This document shows positions 1 through 9,614 of a stretch of 64,000 bases of DNA, in pieces. The DNA is from an uncultured Acidobacteriota bacterium (lineage in GTDB: Bacteria > Acidobacteriota > Thermoanaerobaculia > Multivoradales > SZUA-115), in the NCBI GenBank assembly GCA_963805975.1, contig CAWDVR010000001.1:320001-384000 (forward strand), written 5' to 3'. The position numbers were made by a program, and so were the translations under genes. The first letter of the stretch is position 1. Every line of letters begins with the position of its first letter. The notes under the pieces are model-generated. The model searched no databases. It was not told the origin of the DNA and saw only the letters and a list, made by a program, of their open reading frames with translations.

Positions 1-608
1 AAATGCGAGGTGATGACGGGGGCCGTGTAGGCCAGCTCCAGGCAGCACTCGCCGAAGGCGGCGGCATCCAGGGTGAGGTGGAACGCGGCGTCGACCAAGT
101 GGTCCAGCCCGGCCGGCGGGTCCGGCAGATCGAGCTCGTCGGCGAGGATCACCCCGACCACCACCGCCGCCACCACGCCGGCGACGATCCACCCCTTCGG
201 CACGTGCTCGAGCGTGGTCTCGACCTCCGAGACCTTGCCCTTGCGCACGCGGAAGATGGTCCCCTCGCCGTCCAGGCGCACGGCGTTGCCCTCGTCGTCG
301 AGCACGGCGGGGAAGTGGAGGCGGTACCGTCCCGGCGGCAGGTCGACGACGGACCAGGCGGGCCGCAGCGAGTGGAACACGGGCTGCCAGGTCTTTCCCT
401 GGCGGCGCTCCAGGTGGCTGACCACGAAACCGGGGCCGACCTGGCCCGCCTTGCGGGCGCCGTCGTCCGCGAAAACAGTCACCTGAACGCCACCGATATC
501 GCTGCCGGTGGCATGGCTGCCGGTGGTGCGCACCGAGACGCAGCCGGAAAAGAGCAGGGCGATCTGCAACATCGCGGCGAACCGTCTCGAGGCCGATCTG
601 TTGGGCAT
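1..608 (-). CDS. Hypothetical lipoprotein (partial, runs off window start)
   Basis: Hand translation of the minus strand from the ATG at 608: MPNRSASRRFAAMLQIALLFSGC (lipobox-like), then ...LPPGRYRLHFP... and a hydrophobic WIVAGVVAAVVVGVIL segment. No stop before position 1, so it is absent from the ORF track. The alternative ATG at about 572 is possible. Confidence 0.75.
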   Translation of the reverse strand, partial: MPNRSASRRFAAMLQIALLFSGCVSVRTTGSHATGSDIGGVQVTVFADDGARKAGQVGPGFVVSHLERRQGKTWQPVFHSLRPAWSVVDLPPGRYRLHFPAVLDDEGNAVRLDGEGTIFRVRKGKVSEVETTLEHVPKGWIVAGVVAAVVVGVILADELDLPDPPAGLDHLVDAAFHLTLDAAAFGECCLELAYTAPVITSH

Positions 609-621
609 GTCGGGAGATTGT

Positions 622-638
622 TGCATAAGCACTGCCAG
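622..638 (-). promoter_or_regulatory. Candidate sigma54 (-24/-12) promoter of the lipoprotein gene
   Basis: Minus strand reads CTGGCAGTGCTTATGCA: GG and GC separated by exactly 10 nt, resembling TGGCAC-N5-TTGCA. Confidence 0.55.
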
Positions 639-723
639 CACTGGGCAGCCTGGGATGGGCGGCTATACTCCTCGCACTCTCCGTCATTGCCCTGACGCCG
701 ACGAGTGAGAAAGGCACCCTGGG

Positions 724-2238
724 ATGACTGCCGCATCGAGTTCGCTCCCACCTACCGAAACCCGTGCCGCGACCGGCATCGCCGGCCTGGACGACATCCT
801 GGGCGGCGGGTTCACGCCGCACCGCCTGTACCTGGTCGAAGGCGTGCCCGGCTCCGGCAAGACCACCTGGCGCTGCAGTTCCTGCTCGAGGGCGCGCGGC
901 GCGGCGAGCCGGTCCTGTACGTCACGCTCTCGGAGACCGAAGAGGAGCTGCGCGCGGTGGCCGCGTCCCACGGCTGGTCGCTCGACGGGATCACCATCCG
1001 CGAGCTGGTCCCCGGCGAAGACAGCCTGCGGCCGGACGACCAGTACACCATGTTCCACCCCTCGGAGGTGGAGCTGAGCGAGACGACGAAGACGATCCTG
1101 GCGGACGTGGAGCGGATCAAGCCGGCGCGCGTGGTGTTCGATTCGCTCTCGGAGCTGCGGCTCCTGGCGGGCAACCCGCTCCGCTACCGCCGGCAGATCC
1201 TCGCCCTGAAGCAGTTCTTCACCGGCCGGAGCTGCACCGTGCTGCTCCTGGACGACCTGACCAGCGCCCACCACGACCTCCAGGTCCAGAGCATCGCGCA
1301 CGGCGTGATGCGGCTGGAGCAGTTGCATCCCGAGTACGGGTCGGAGCGGCGGCGGCTGATCGTGCTCAAGTACCGCGGCGTCCGCTTCCGGGGCGGGTAT
1401 CACGACTTCATCATCCGACGAGGGGGCCTCGAGGTCTATCCGCGCCTGGTCGCCAGCGAGCACCGTCCGACCGCGACATGCCGAGAAGCTCGCCAGCGGC
1501 ATCGCCGAGATGGACACCCTGCTCGGCGGCGGCATCGAACGGGGGACCAGCACGCTGATCGTCGGCGCGGCGGGGACCGGAAAGTCGTCGCTGGCCGCGC
1601 AGTTCGTGGCCGCGGCGGCCGCACGCGGCCAGAACGCGGCCCTGTTCATCTTCGACGAGAGCCTCAACACGCTGCTCACCCGCTGCACCGGGCTGGGGAT
1701 CGACCTGCGAAGACACCTGGACGAAGGCCGCGTGACCGTGCAGCAGGTGGATCCCGCCGAGCTGTCGCCGGGCGAGTTCGCCCACGCCATCCGCCGGGCC
1801 GTCGAGCAGCAAGGCGCCTCCGTCGTGGTCATCGACAGCTTGAACGGCTACCTCAACGCCATGCCCGGGCGAGCGCTTCCTGATCATCCAGTTGCACGAG
1901 CTCTTGACCTACCTGGGGCAGGCGGGCGTCGCCACGATCTGCTCATCGGCGCCCATCAAGGGCTGATCGGCGGCCAGATGATCACTCCCGTGGACGCCAG
2001 CTACCTCGCCGACGCGGTGATCCTGATGCGCTACTTCGAGACCAGGGGCGAGGTCCGCCAGGCCATCTCGGTCGTCAAGAAGCGCGGCGGCGCGCACGAG
2101 CGGACCATCCGGGAGTTTCGCCTGGACAGCGGCGGCATCAGCGTGGGTCCGCCCCTGCGGGACTTCCGCGGCGTGCTGACCGGGGTGCCGATCTTCGAGG
2201 GCGGGGGCGATCCTCTGCACGAAGGGAAAGCCTCGTGA
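724..2238 (+). CDS. kaiC: KaiC-like double-domain RecA/RAD55-family ATPase (frameshifted in this sequence; probable assembly indels or pseudogene)
   Basis: Pieces in three frames: [13 protein letters not shown]...[10 protein letters not shown] (Walker A), [13 protein letters not shown]; second domain [17 protein letters not shown]...[29 protein letters not shown]. Indels near 866, 1481, 1868 and 1939. A TATACT -10-like hexamer lies at 664-669. Confidence 0.85.
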
Positions 2239-3827
2239 CGGATGCCGCCCCCGAGAGCCTCGAGCTGACCGTAGTCATGCTGGCCCCGACGAGCAAGGAC
2301 GCGGCCTTGACCCAGTCGGTGCTCGGCCGGGCCGGGGTCGCGTGCGTTTGCTGCGCCGATCTGGATCAGCTCTGTGAGAGGTTGGAGGCCGGCGCAGGCG
2401 CCGTGCTGCTGCCGGAAGAGGCGGTCGTGCAGAGCCGGAACGATTGCCTGGTCGAATGGCTGGCCCGGCAGCCCCCGTGGTCGGATCTGCCGGTGCTCGT
2501 GCTGGCCCGGCCGGGGGCCGACTCCGCGGCCCTGGCGCAGGCCATGGACCTGTTGGGCAACGTCACGGTGCTGGAGCGGCCGATGCGGGTGGCGGCGCTG
2601 GTGAGCGCGGTCCGGACGGCCCTGCGAGCCCGGCAGCGGCAGTACCAGATCCGCGAGCACCTCGCCCAGCGTGAGCAGTCCGAGGCCGAGCTGCGGATGA
2701 ACGACCGCCGCAAGGACGAGTTCCTGGCCGTCCTCGCCCACGAGCTGCGAAACCCGCTGGCGCCGATTCGCAATTCCTTGCACATCCTGCGGCTGACCGG
2801 CCAGCAGGACCCGACCGCCGAGCGCGTCGGCGAAATGATGGAGCGGCAGGTCAACCACATGGTCCGCCTGGTGGACGACCTGATGGAAGTCTCGCGCATC
2901 ACCCGGGGCAAGATCGAGCTGCACAAGGAACGGGTCGACGTCGCCGCCGTCGTGCGCAGCGCGGTGGAGACGAGCCGGCCGCTCATCGAGGCCGCCGGCC
3001 ATCAGTTGACCCTCGAGGTTCCCGCCGCCCCGCTCATCCTCGAAGCCGACCCCGTCCGCCTCGCCCAGGTTCTCGCCAACCTCTTGAACAACGCGGCGAA
3101 GTACACCGAAGCCGGCGGGCAGATCTGGCTCGCGGTTCGGCAAGAGGACGAACGGGTGGCGATCTCGGTGCGCGACACGGGCACGGGCATTCCGTCCGAC
3201 ATGCTGCCCCGGGTGTTCGAGCTGTTCACGCAGATCGATCGTCACGCCGACCGCGCACAGGGTGGTCTCGGCATCGGTCTGACGCTGGTCAAGAGCCTGG
3301 TCGAGATGCACGGCGGCAGCGTCACGGCGGAGAGCGACGGGCCCGGGCGCGGCAGCGAGTTCGTGGTCCGTCTCTCCCTGGCTGCAACCCGGCCGGTCGG
3401 GGAGCCTGCGGGGACCGCGGACCGCCCGACGGCCGTGCTCGCGCTGCGCCGCGTCCTGGTGGTCGACGACAACCAAGACGCGGCCGAGAGCCTGGGCATG
3501 CTCCTCAAGCTGCTCGGCGCCGACGCTCACGTCGTCTACAGCGGCACCGACGCGCTCGAGGCGCTCGCGACCTACGAGCCGGCGGTGGTGCTGCTGGACA
3601 TCGGCATGCCGGGCATGAATGGCCACGAGGTGGCCCGCCGGATCCGGCAACGACCCGAGCTCCAGGATCTGACGCTCATCGCGCTGACCGGGTGGGGACA
3701 AGAGGAAGACCGCCGCCGCTCCCGAGCGGCGGGGTTCGACTATCACCTGGTCAAACCCGTGGACGTCAACGCCTTGCAGGCCCTGCTGACCTCGCTCAGC
3801 CCGCTCCAGACCGCTACCTCGCGTTGA
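2235..3827 (+). CDS. Hybrid sensor histidine kinase/response regulator (pseudo-receiver + HisKA + HATPase + REC)
   Basis: H box LAHELRNPLAPI, N box NLLNNAAKYT, DTGTGI, GGLGIGL, C-terminal VLVVDDN...LLDIGMPGMNG...HLVKP. GTGA overlap with the kaiC stop. Confidence 0.92.
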   Translation: MTDAAPESLELTVVMLAPTSKDAALTQSVLGRAGVACVCCADLDQLCERLEAGAGAVLLPEEAVVQSRNDCLVEWLARQPPWSDLPVLVLARPGADSAALAQAMDLLGNVTVLERPMRVAALVSAVRTALRARQRQYQIREHLAQREQSEAELRMNDRRKDEFLAVLAHELRNPLAPIRNSLHILRLTGQQDPTAERVGEMMERQVNHMVRLVDDLMEVSRITRGKIELHKERVDVAAVVRSAVETSRPLIEAAGHQLTLEVPAAPLILEADPVRLAQVLANLLNNAAKYTEAGGQIWLAVRQEDERVAISVRDTGTGIPSDMLPRVFELFTQIDRHADRAQGGLGIGLTLVKSLVEMHGGSVTAESDGPGRGSEFVVRLSLAATRPVGEPAGTADRPTAVLALRRVLVVDDNQDAAESLGMLLKLLGADAHVVYSGTDALEALATYEPAVVLLDIGMPGMNGHEVARRIRQRPELQDLTLIALTGWGQEEDRRRSRAAGFDYHLVKPVDVNALQALLTSLSPLQTATSR

Positions 3828-4605
3828 TCGCCTTGTCGTACTCCGCGTAGCTCACCGTAAAGTCGCGGGGGACCTTGGCGCCGGGGGCGCGGTAGCGGTT
3901 CACGTAGTCGAGGATGCCGGGGCTCGTCGTGCCCTGGCGCTTCTCGTAGTCGAGGAAGTCGGCCTGGAACCAGTCGAAGATCTTCGACAGGGTGACCGTC
4001 TTCGCCGCCGCGTCCAGCCTGCAGTTGCGCGCCTCGGCCACGAACTCCTCCATGGCGGCGTCGAGCTCGGCGTCGAGCGTCGCGGTCTCGAACGCCTTCC
4101 GAGGCAGGCGCGGGCAGCCGACCGAGGCGCAGTTGAGGGCGGCGTGGATGCGGGGGTCCGCGAATTGCCCGCGCACCACATCGTCCTCGAGCGCTTTCAG
4201 GTTCGTGGCCTCGCCGTCCACCCGGATGCCCATGCCGACGAAGAAGCTGTAGCCCGTGCCGAGCGGCGTCCACACCGTCTCCTTCTCCGGCCCGCGGGCC
4301 AGCACCCCGGCGAAGACCTGCGCGTTGTAGGCGTTCAGGTAGTAGGCGAGCCGGTCGTTGCGGGTGGGAAAGCGCGCCGGCGCGGACTTCGGGCCCACCG
4401 TCTTGATCGCCGCGAGGTAGCGGTCGAGCTCCACCCGGTCTTTGGCCAGGGCCTCGTAGCTCACCAGCCCGCGGTCGTCCACGTGCCGCGCCAGCACCGC
4501 CGTCCAATCGGCGTGCGAGAAGGGCTCGGCCGCCGCGAGATCGAGGGTGGCCAACCCGAGGAGACAGGCGAGAACGCGCCCGCCCCAGTGCATGCTTGGT
4601 TTCAC
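3814..4605 (-). CDS. DUF547 domain secreted protein
   Basis: Signal-peptide-like N-terminus; RLAYYLNAYNA, DPRIHAALNCASVGCPRL, LSKIFDWFQADF, YDKAIN motifs. GTG start at 4605 with GGGGAG RBS upstream. Confidence 0.85.
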   Translation of the reverse strand: MKPSMHWGGRVLACLLGLATLDLAAAEPFSHADWTAVLARHVDDRGLVSYEALAKDRVELDRYLAAIKTVGPKSAPARFPTRNDRLAYYLNAYNAQVFAGVLARGPEKETVWTPLGTGYSFFVGMGIRVDGEATNLKALEDDVVRGQFADPRIHAALNCASVGCPRLPRKAFETATLDAELDAAMEEFVAEARNCRLDAAAKTVTLSKIFDWFQADFLDYEKRQGTTSPGILDYVNRYRAPGAKVPRDFTVSYAEYDKAINAR

Positions 4606-4698
4606 GTCGTTCGCTCCCCGCGAGATGAAGATCGTTCCGGCGCCGGCCGAGAGCTTATCTCCTCCTCCGCCGAGGCTGGCCGGGTTACCATAGGCATT

Positions 4699-6339
4699 AT
4701 GAAGGTCGAAGAGCAGGAGACCCGCCCGCCGGCCAGGTCCGGTGCCTTGCGGCGCGCCACCGCCCTGCTTCTCCTGCTGCTCCTCGCCGTCAATGCCGCC
4801 GCGGTCTGGAACCTGGTGGCGGCGCGCCGCGGTGCCCGCCGCCTGGCGGTGGAGGACCTCGAGTGGCAGACCCGGGCCCATGCCCGCGCGCTCGAGGCCG
4901 TGCTCTCCGGCCTGCGCGGCGACCTGATCCTCCTCTCGCAGTCGCCACCCCTTGCCCAGGGGGCCGCGCCGCTCGCCACGGCCGACCCGGTGGCGCGGCG
5001 CTGGAGCCGCCTGGACATCGAAGGTACCCTGCTCCTCTTCCTGCGCGCCCACCCGGCCGTGGTCCGGCTCGAGCTCGCCGACGCCGCGGGAGAGACCTTC
5101 GCCGCCGCCGGCCGGCGGCAGGGTGCGCCGGTGCTCCTGGCCGAGCCCGCGCCGCGCGCTCCGGGGGAGGTGCTGCGGAGCATTTGGCCTCTCGGCTCGG
5201 CGGAGCCCGCCGCGGGCCGACTGGTGGCCGAGGTCGATCCCCGGCTCCTCCTGGCGAGCGCCATCCCGGGCTTCGACGAGCGCCTCCGCGTGCTGCCCGC
5301 CACGGCTCTTCCCGCCGCTGCCGCCGGCGACCTGCTGGTCGCACGCGCCCTGGTGACGGGGGACGGCTGGCAGCCGCCGGTCGCCTGGACCGTCGAGCGG
5401 CGCGAGGAGGAGAGCCGCATCGTGCAGTCGGTCGAGAGCCTCACCGGGCGCTTCGCCACCACCGTGGCGGCGAACGTCGCCGTGCTGGCGCTGACCTTCG
5501 CTCTCGGCCTCCTCGCCTTCCGCCAGGCACGGCGGGCGGCGCGCCTCGAGGCCGAGAAGGAGCAGCAGGCGCGGCTCGCGGCGCTCGAGCGCCAGGTGCT
5601 GGCGAGCGAACGGCTGGCGAGCGTCGGACGGCTGGCGGCCGGCATGGCGCACGAGATCAACAACCCTCTCGAGGGCATGTCGAACTACCTGCGGCTGCTG
5701 GAGGACGACCTCGCGGCCGGCGAGCCCTCGGCGAAGGAGCGGGAGGCCCGGGAGCTCGCGGGCAAGGTGCGCGAGGGCCTGCTGCGCATCGCCGGCATCA
5801 CCCGCCAGGTGCTGGCCTTCGCGAGCCCCGGCCAGGCAACCCACGGGCAGGGCACGGTCGGTCAGGCTCCCAAGCAGGCGGTGGAGCTCGGCGGTATCCT
5901 GGAGCACACCGTCGAGCTGCTGCGCGCCACGCCCTCGTTTCGCGGCGTCGAGATCGCCGTCTCGCCGCCCGGCGGGCCGCTCGCGGTCGCCGGCAACCCC
6001 GCAACGCTGGGCCAGCTCTTCCTCAACCTGCTGCTGAACGCCTGCCAGGCGCAGACGTCGGGCGGCGAGGTGGAGGTCGGCTGGCGGGCCCACGGCACGC
6101 GCGCCCTGGTCGAGGTGGCCGACCGCGGGCCCGGCCTGTCGGAAGAGGCGCTGGCGCACGCCTTCGAGCCCTTCTACTCGACCCGGGGCTCGAGCGGCCT
6201 CGGCCTCGCGGTGTGCAAGGGAATCGTCGAAGATCACCAGGGAGCCGTCCGCGCCGAGAACCGGCCGCAGGGCGGCGCGCTGTTCACGGTGGAGCTGCCG
6301 CTCGCCCGGGCCGGTGGCGGAGGAGAGGTGGAGGCATGA
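4699..6339 (+). CDS. Membrane sensor histidine kinase (NtrB-like)
   Basis: Two TM segments flanking a periplasmic domain; GRLAAGMAHEINNPL, QLFLNLLLNACQA, DRGPGL, FEPFYST, GLGLAV. Confidence 0.9.
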   Translation: MKVEEQETRPPARSGALRRATALLLLLLLAVNAAAVWNLVAARRGARRLAVEDLEWQTRAHARALEAVLSGLRGDLILLSQSPPLAQGAAPLATADPVARRWSRLDIEGTLLLFLRAHPAVVRLELADAAGETFAAAGRRQGAPVLLAEPAPRAPGEVLRSIWPLGSAEPAAGRLVAEVDPRLLLASAIPGFDERLRVLPATALPAAAAGDLLVARALVTGDGWQPPVAWTVERREEESRIVQSVESLTGRFATTVAANVAVLALTFALGLLAFRQARRAARLEAEKEQQARLAALERQVLASERLASVGRLAAGMAHEINNPLEGMSNYLRLLEDDLAAGEPSAKEREARELAGKVREGLLRIAGITRQVLAFASPGQATHGQGTVGQAPKQAVELGGILEHTVELLRATPSFRGVEIAVSPPGGPLAVAGNPATLGQLFLNLLLNACQAQTSGGEVEVGWRAHGTRALVEVADRGPGLSEEALAHAFEPFYSTRGSSGLGLAVCKGIVEDHQGAVRAENRPQGGALFTVELPLARAGGGGEVEA

Positions 6340-7718
6340 AGGGAACCGTCCTGATCGTCGACGACGAAGCCTATGTGCGCGACTCGCTGGCCGGCGTGCT
6401 GCGGCGGCGCGACTTCGCGGTGCGCACGGCGGCCGGCGGCGCCGAGGCGCTCGAGAGCGGCGCGCTGGCCGGCGTCGACGCGGTGATCGTCGACCTGCGG
6501 CTGGTGGGTGAGGACGGCCTCTCGCTGCTGCGCGAGATCCTCGCCCGCGAGGCGGAGATGCCGGTCATCGTCCTCACCGGCCACGGTACCGTCTCCTCGG
6601 CGGTCGACTGCATGCGGGCCGGCGCCTGCGATTACCTGCTCAAGCCGGCCGACACCGACGAGCTGGTGCTGGTGCTCGAACGGGCGCTGGCCGCCTCGCA
6701 CATGCGCCGCGAGCTCGCCTATCTGCGGGCGAGGAGCGGCGCTGGCGAGGGCGACGGCCGGCCGCTGGGCACCAGCGCCGGCTGGCGCCAGGTGCTGGAG
6801 GTGACGGCCCTCGCCGCGCCCTTCGACACCCCGGTGCTGCTGCTCGGCGAGTCCGGCACCGGCAAGGAGGTGCTCGCCCGCCACCTGCACGCGCAGTCCG
6901 CGCGCTCGCGCGCCGCGTTCGTCTCGGTCAACTGCGCGGCGATCCCCGGCGAGCTCTTCGAGAGCGAGTTCTTCGGCCACCGGCGCGGCTCCTTCACCGG
7001 CGCCGTCGCCGACCGCGAGGGCCGCTTCCGGGTGGCCCACCGCGGCACGCTGTTTCTCGACGAGATCAACTCGCTGCCGGCGGTGGGGCAGGCCAAGGTG
7101 CTGCGCGTGCTGCAGGACGGCACCTTCGAGCGGGTGGGGGACAGCCAGCCCACCACCGTCGACGTGCGGCTGATCTGCGCCAGCAACGCGGACCTCGAGG
7201 CCGAAGTGGCGGCCGGCCGCTTCCGGGCCGACCTCTTCTACCGCATCAACGTGATGACGATCTCGATCCCGCCGTTGCGCGAGCGGCCGGAGGACGTGCC
7301 GATCCTGGCCCAGGCCTTCCTGGCCGAGCTGGCGAGAAAGCTCGGCAAGCCGGTGCGCGAGCTCGATCCCGAGACCCTCGCCCTCCTCGGCTCCTACCAC
7401 TGGCCCGGCAACGTCCGCGAGCTGCGCAACGTGATCGAGCGCGGTCTCTTGCTGGAGAAGAGCGACCGCCTGACGCCGGCGAGCCTGCCGTTCCACCTCA
7501 AGCGTTCCCCGGCCGAGCGCCGGCGGGTGCCGGGGGACGGGACCGAGGACCTGAGCCTCCGCGCCCACCTGGCGGCCACCGAAGCGCGGCTCCTGGCCGA
7601 CGCCCTCGAGCGCGCCGGCGGCGTCAAGCGGGAGGCGGCTCGCCTGCTGGGAATCGACGAGCGCAACTTCGCCTACTTCCTCAAGAAGCACGATCTGATG
7701 GAGAAGAAGCGCTCATGA
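6336..7718 (+). CDS. Sigma54-dependent response regulator (NtrC family)
   Basis: REC (VLIVDDE...DLRL...KP), [37 protein letters not shown], Fis-type HTH. ATGA overlap with the kinase. Confidence 0.95.
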   Translation: MKGTVLIVDDEAYVRDSLAGVLRRRDFAVRTAAGGAEALESGALAGVDAVIVDLRLVGEDGLSLLREILAREAEMPVIVLTGHGTVSSAVDCMRAGACDYLLKPADTDELVLVLERALAASHMRRELAYLRARSGAGEGDGRPLGTSAGWRQVLEVTALAAPFDTPVLLLGESGTGKEVLARHLHAQSARSRAAFVSVNCAAIPGELFESEFFGHRRGSFTGAVADREGRFRVAHRGTLFLDEINSLPAVGQAKVLRVLQDGTFERVGDSQPTTVDVRLICASNADLEAEVAAGRFRADLFYRINVMTISIPPLRERPEDVPILAQAFLAELARKLGKPVRELDPETLALLGSYHWPGNVRELRNVIERGLLLEKSDRLTPASLPFHLKRSPAERRRVPGDGTEDLSLRAHLAATEARLLADALERAGGVKREAARLLGIDERNFAYFLKKHDLMEKKRS

Positions 7719-9472
7719 GCCGGGCGGCGAACGGCGCCGGCGTGGCGTCACCGCTTTTGGCGCTGTTGTTGGGGGCACTCTTGCTGGGGGCGGCCTGCGA
7801 GCGCGAACCGCGGCCTGAGCCTTCGCCCGTCGCCGAGGGGGCGCCGCCGGCGGCACCGGCTTTCGTCGAGGCCACGGCGGCCTCGGGCATCGTGTTCCGG
7901 CATCAGAACGCGGCCTCCTCCCGCCGGTTGCTGCCCGAGACCATGGGCGCCGGCCTCGCCTTCTTCGACGCCGACGGTGACGGTGACGCCGATCTCCTGC
8001 TGGTCCAGGGCGGCGCGCTCCCGGCCGGCGCCGAGCCTCGGCCGGTGGCGATGCTCTTCTCGAACCTGGGATCCGGGATCTTCGAGCCGGTGGATGCCGG
8101 CCTGGCCGCGGCCGGCTCCTTTGGCATGGGCGCCGCGGCCGGCGACCTCGACAACGACGGCGACGTCGACCTCTTCCTCACGGGCGTCGGGCGGCAGCTC
8201 CTGTTCGTCAACTCGGGCGACGGCCGCTTCCGGGAGGCGGGAGCCGAGCTGGGCCTCGACCGCCGCGGCTTCGGCTCGAGCGCCGCCTTCCTCGACTTCG
8301 ATCGCGACGGCTGGCTGGACCTCTTCGCCGGCCGCTACGTGACCTGGAGCGCGGAGCGAGACCTCATCTGCCGCCCCGACGGCGTGCACTCCGCCTACTG
8401 CACGCCCGAGGTCTACGCGGGCGAGAGCAATCTGCTGTTTCGGAACGTGCCGGCCGGTGGCTTGGAGGGCACCGGCGCGGCGAGCACGCCGCGCCGCCGG
8501 CTGCTCGACGTGACAGCCGCCGCCGGCCTCGCACTGCCGGATGGCAAGACGCTGGGCGTAGCCGCCGCCGATCTCGACGGCGACGGCTGGACCGACCTCG
8601 CGGTGGCCAACGACACGGCGCGCAACTTCCTGTTTCTGAACCGGCGCGACGGCCGCTTCCACGAGGTGGGGGTCGAGGCCGGCTTCGCCTACGGCGAGTC
8701 CGGCGCACCGCGCGGCGGCATGGGGATCGACGCCGCGGACGTCGACTCCGACGGCCTGCCGGACGTGGTGGTGGGCAACTTCGCGCAGGAGATGTCGGCC
8801 TTCTACCGCGCTCTCCCGGCGGGCGAGGCGGGAGGGCCGCTCTACGTCGACGATGCGGCGCAGGTGGGGCTGGGACTGCCGACGCTCATGACCCTCGCCT
8901 TCGGCGTCCTGCTCTTCGATTACGACGGCGACGGCTGGCTCGATCTGCTGCTCGCCAACGGCCATATCGAGCCCGAGATCGCCTCCTTCCGTCGCGGCCA
9001 GGAGTATGCCCAACCGGCCCAGCTCTTCCGCAACGACGGCCGCGGCGGCTTCGAGGCAGCGGGCGAGCTGGCGGGCGACCTGGCAGGGCCCTGGGTCGGG
9101 CGCGGCCTGGGGGCCGCCGACGTGGACCTCGACGGCGATCTCGACCTGGCGCTCACCGAGAACGGCGGGCCGGCGCACCTCTTCACCAACCAGGCCGCCG
9201 TGGGCTCCTGGCTGCGGCTGGAGCTCGCGAGCGCCGCGGGCGGGGCCACGCCCTACGGGACCAGGGTGCGCGTCACGGCCGCCGGCCGCACCTTCGAGCG
9301 CGAGCTCTCCGGCGGGCGCTCCTACCTCTCGGCCTCGGAGCCGGTGCTGACCCTCGGGCTGGGCGAGGCCCGGCGGGTCGACCGGCTGGAGGTGCGCTGG
9401 CCATCCGGGAAGGAGCTGGTGCTGCTGGGCCTGGAGGTGAACCGGGGGTATCGGCTGGTGGAGCCGGGCTAG
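7715..9472 (+). CDS. CRTAC1 family (FG-GAP/VCBS repeats + ASPIC/UnbV) lipoprotein
   Basis: LLGAAC lipobox; ETMGAG; repeated DxDGDGDxDL Ca-binding blades; C-terminal WLRLEL...SYLSASEPVLTLGLG...VRWPSG. Confidence 0.92.
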   Translation: MSRAANGAGVASPLLALLLGALLLGAACEREPRPEPSPVAEGAPPAAPAFVEATAASGIVFRHQNAASSRRLLPETMGAGLAFFDADGDGDADLLLVQGGALPAGAEPRPVAMLFSNLGSGIFEPVDAGLAAAGSFGMGAAAGDLDNDGDVDLFLTGVGRQLLFVNSGDGRFREAGAELGLDRRGFGSSAAFLDFDRDGWLDLFAGRYVTWSAERDLICRPDGVHSAYCTPEVYAGESNLLFRNVPAGGLEGTGAASTPRRRLLDVTAAAGLALPDGKTLGVAAADLDGDGWTDLAVANDTARNFLFLNRRDGRFHEVGVEAGFAYGESGAPRGGMGIDAADVDSDGLPDVVVGNFAQEMSAFYRALPAGEAGGPLYVDDAAQVGLGLPTLMTLAFGVLLFDYDGDGWLDLLLANGHIEPEIASFRRGQEYAQPAQLFRNDGRGGFEAAGELAGDLAGPWVGRGLGAADVDLDGDLDLALTENGGPAHLFTNQAAVGSWLRLELASAAGGATPYGTRVRVTAAGRTFERELSGGRSYLSASEPVLTLGLGEARRVDRLEVRWPSGKELVLLGLEVNRGYRLVEPG

Positions 9473-9606
9473 GCCCCTCACCCCGTCCCTCTCCCCGCAA
9501 GCGGGGCGAGGGCGCCGCCGCCCCCACCTCTTCTTCTGCTCGCGCGCGCTCTCTGCCTCTCGGACCCCCTCTCCCCGCTTGCGGGGAGAGGGCTGGGGTG
9601 AGGGGC
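9473..9606. repeat. Inverted pair of ~42-bp REP-like palindromic units between convergent genes
   Basis: GCCCCTCACCCCGTCCCTCTCCCCGCAAGCGGGGCGAGGG (from 9473) and a near-reverse-complement CCCTCTCCCCGCTTGCGGGGAGAGGGCTGGGGTGAGGGGC (to 9606). Each unit has an internal CCCCGC-AA/TT-GCGGGG hairpin. Confidence 0.8.
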
Positions 9607-9614
9607 GCTCGAGC

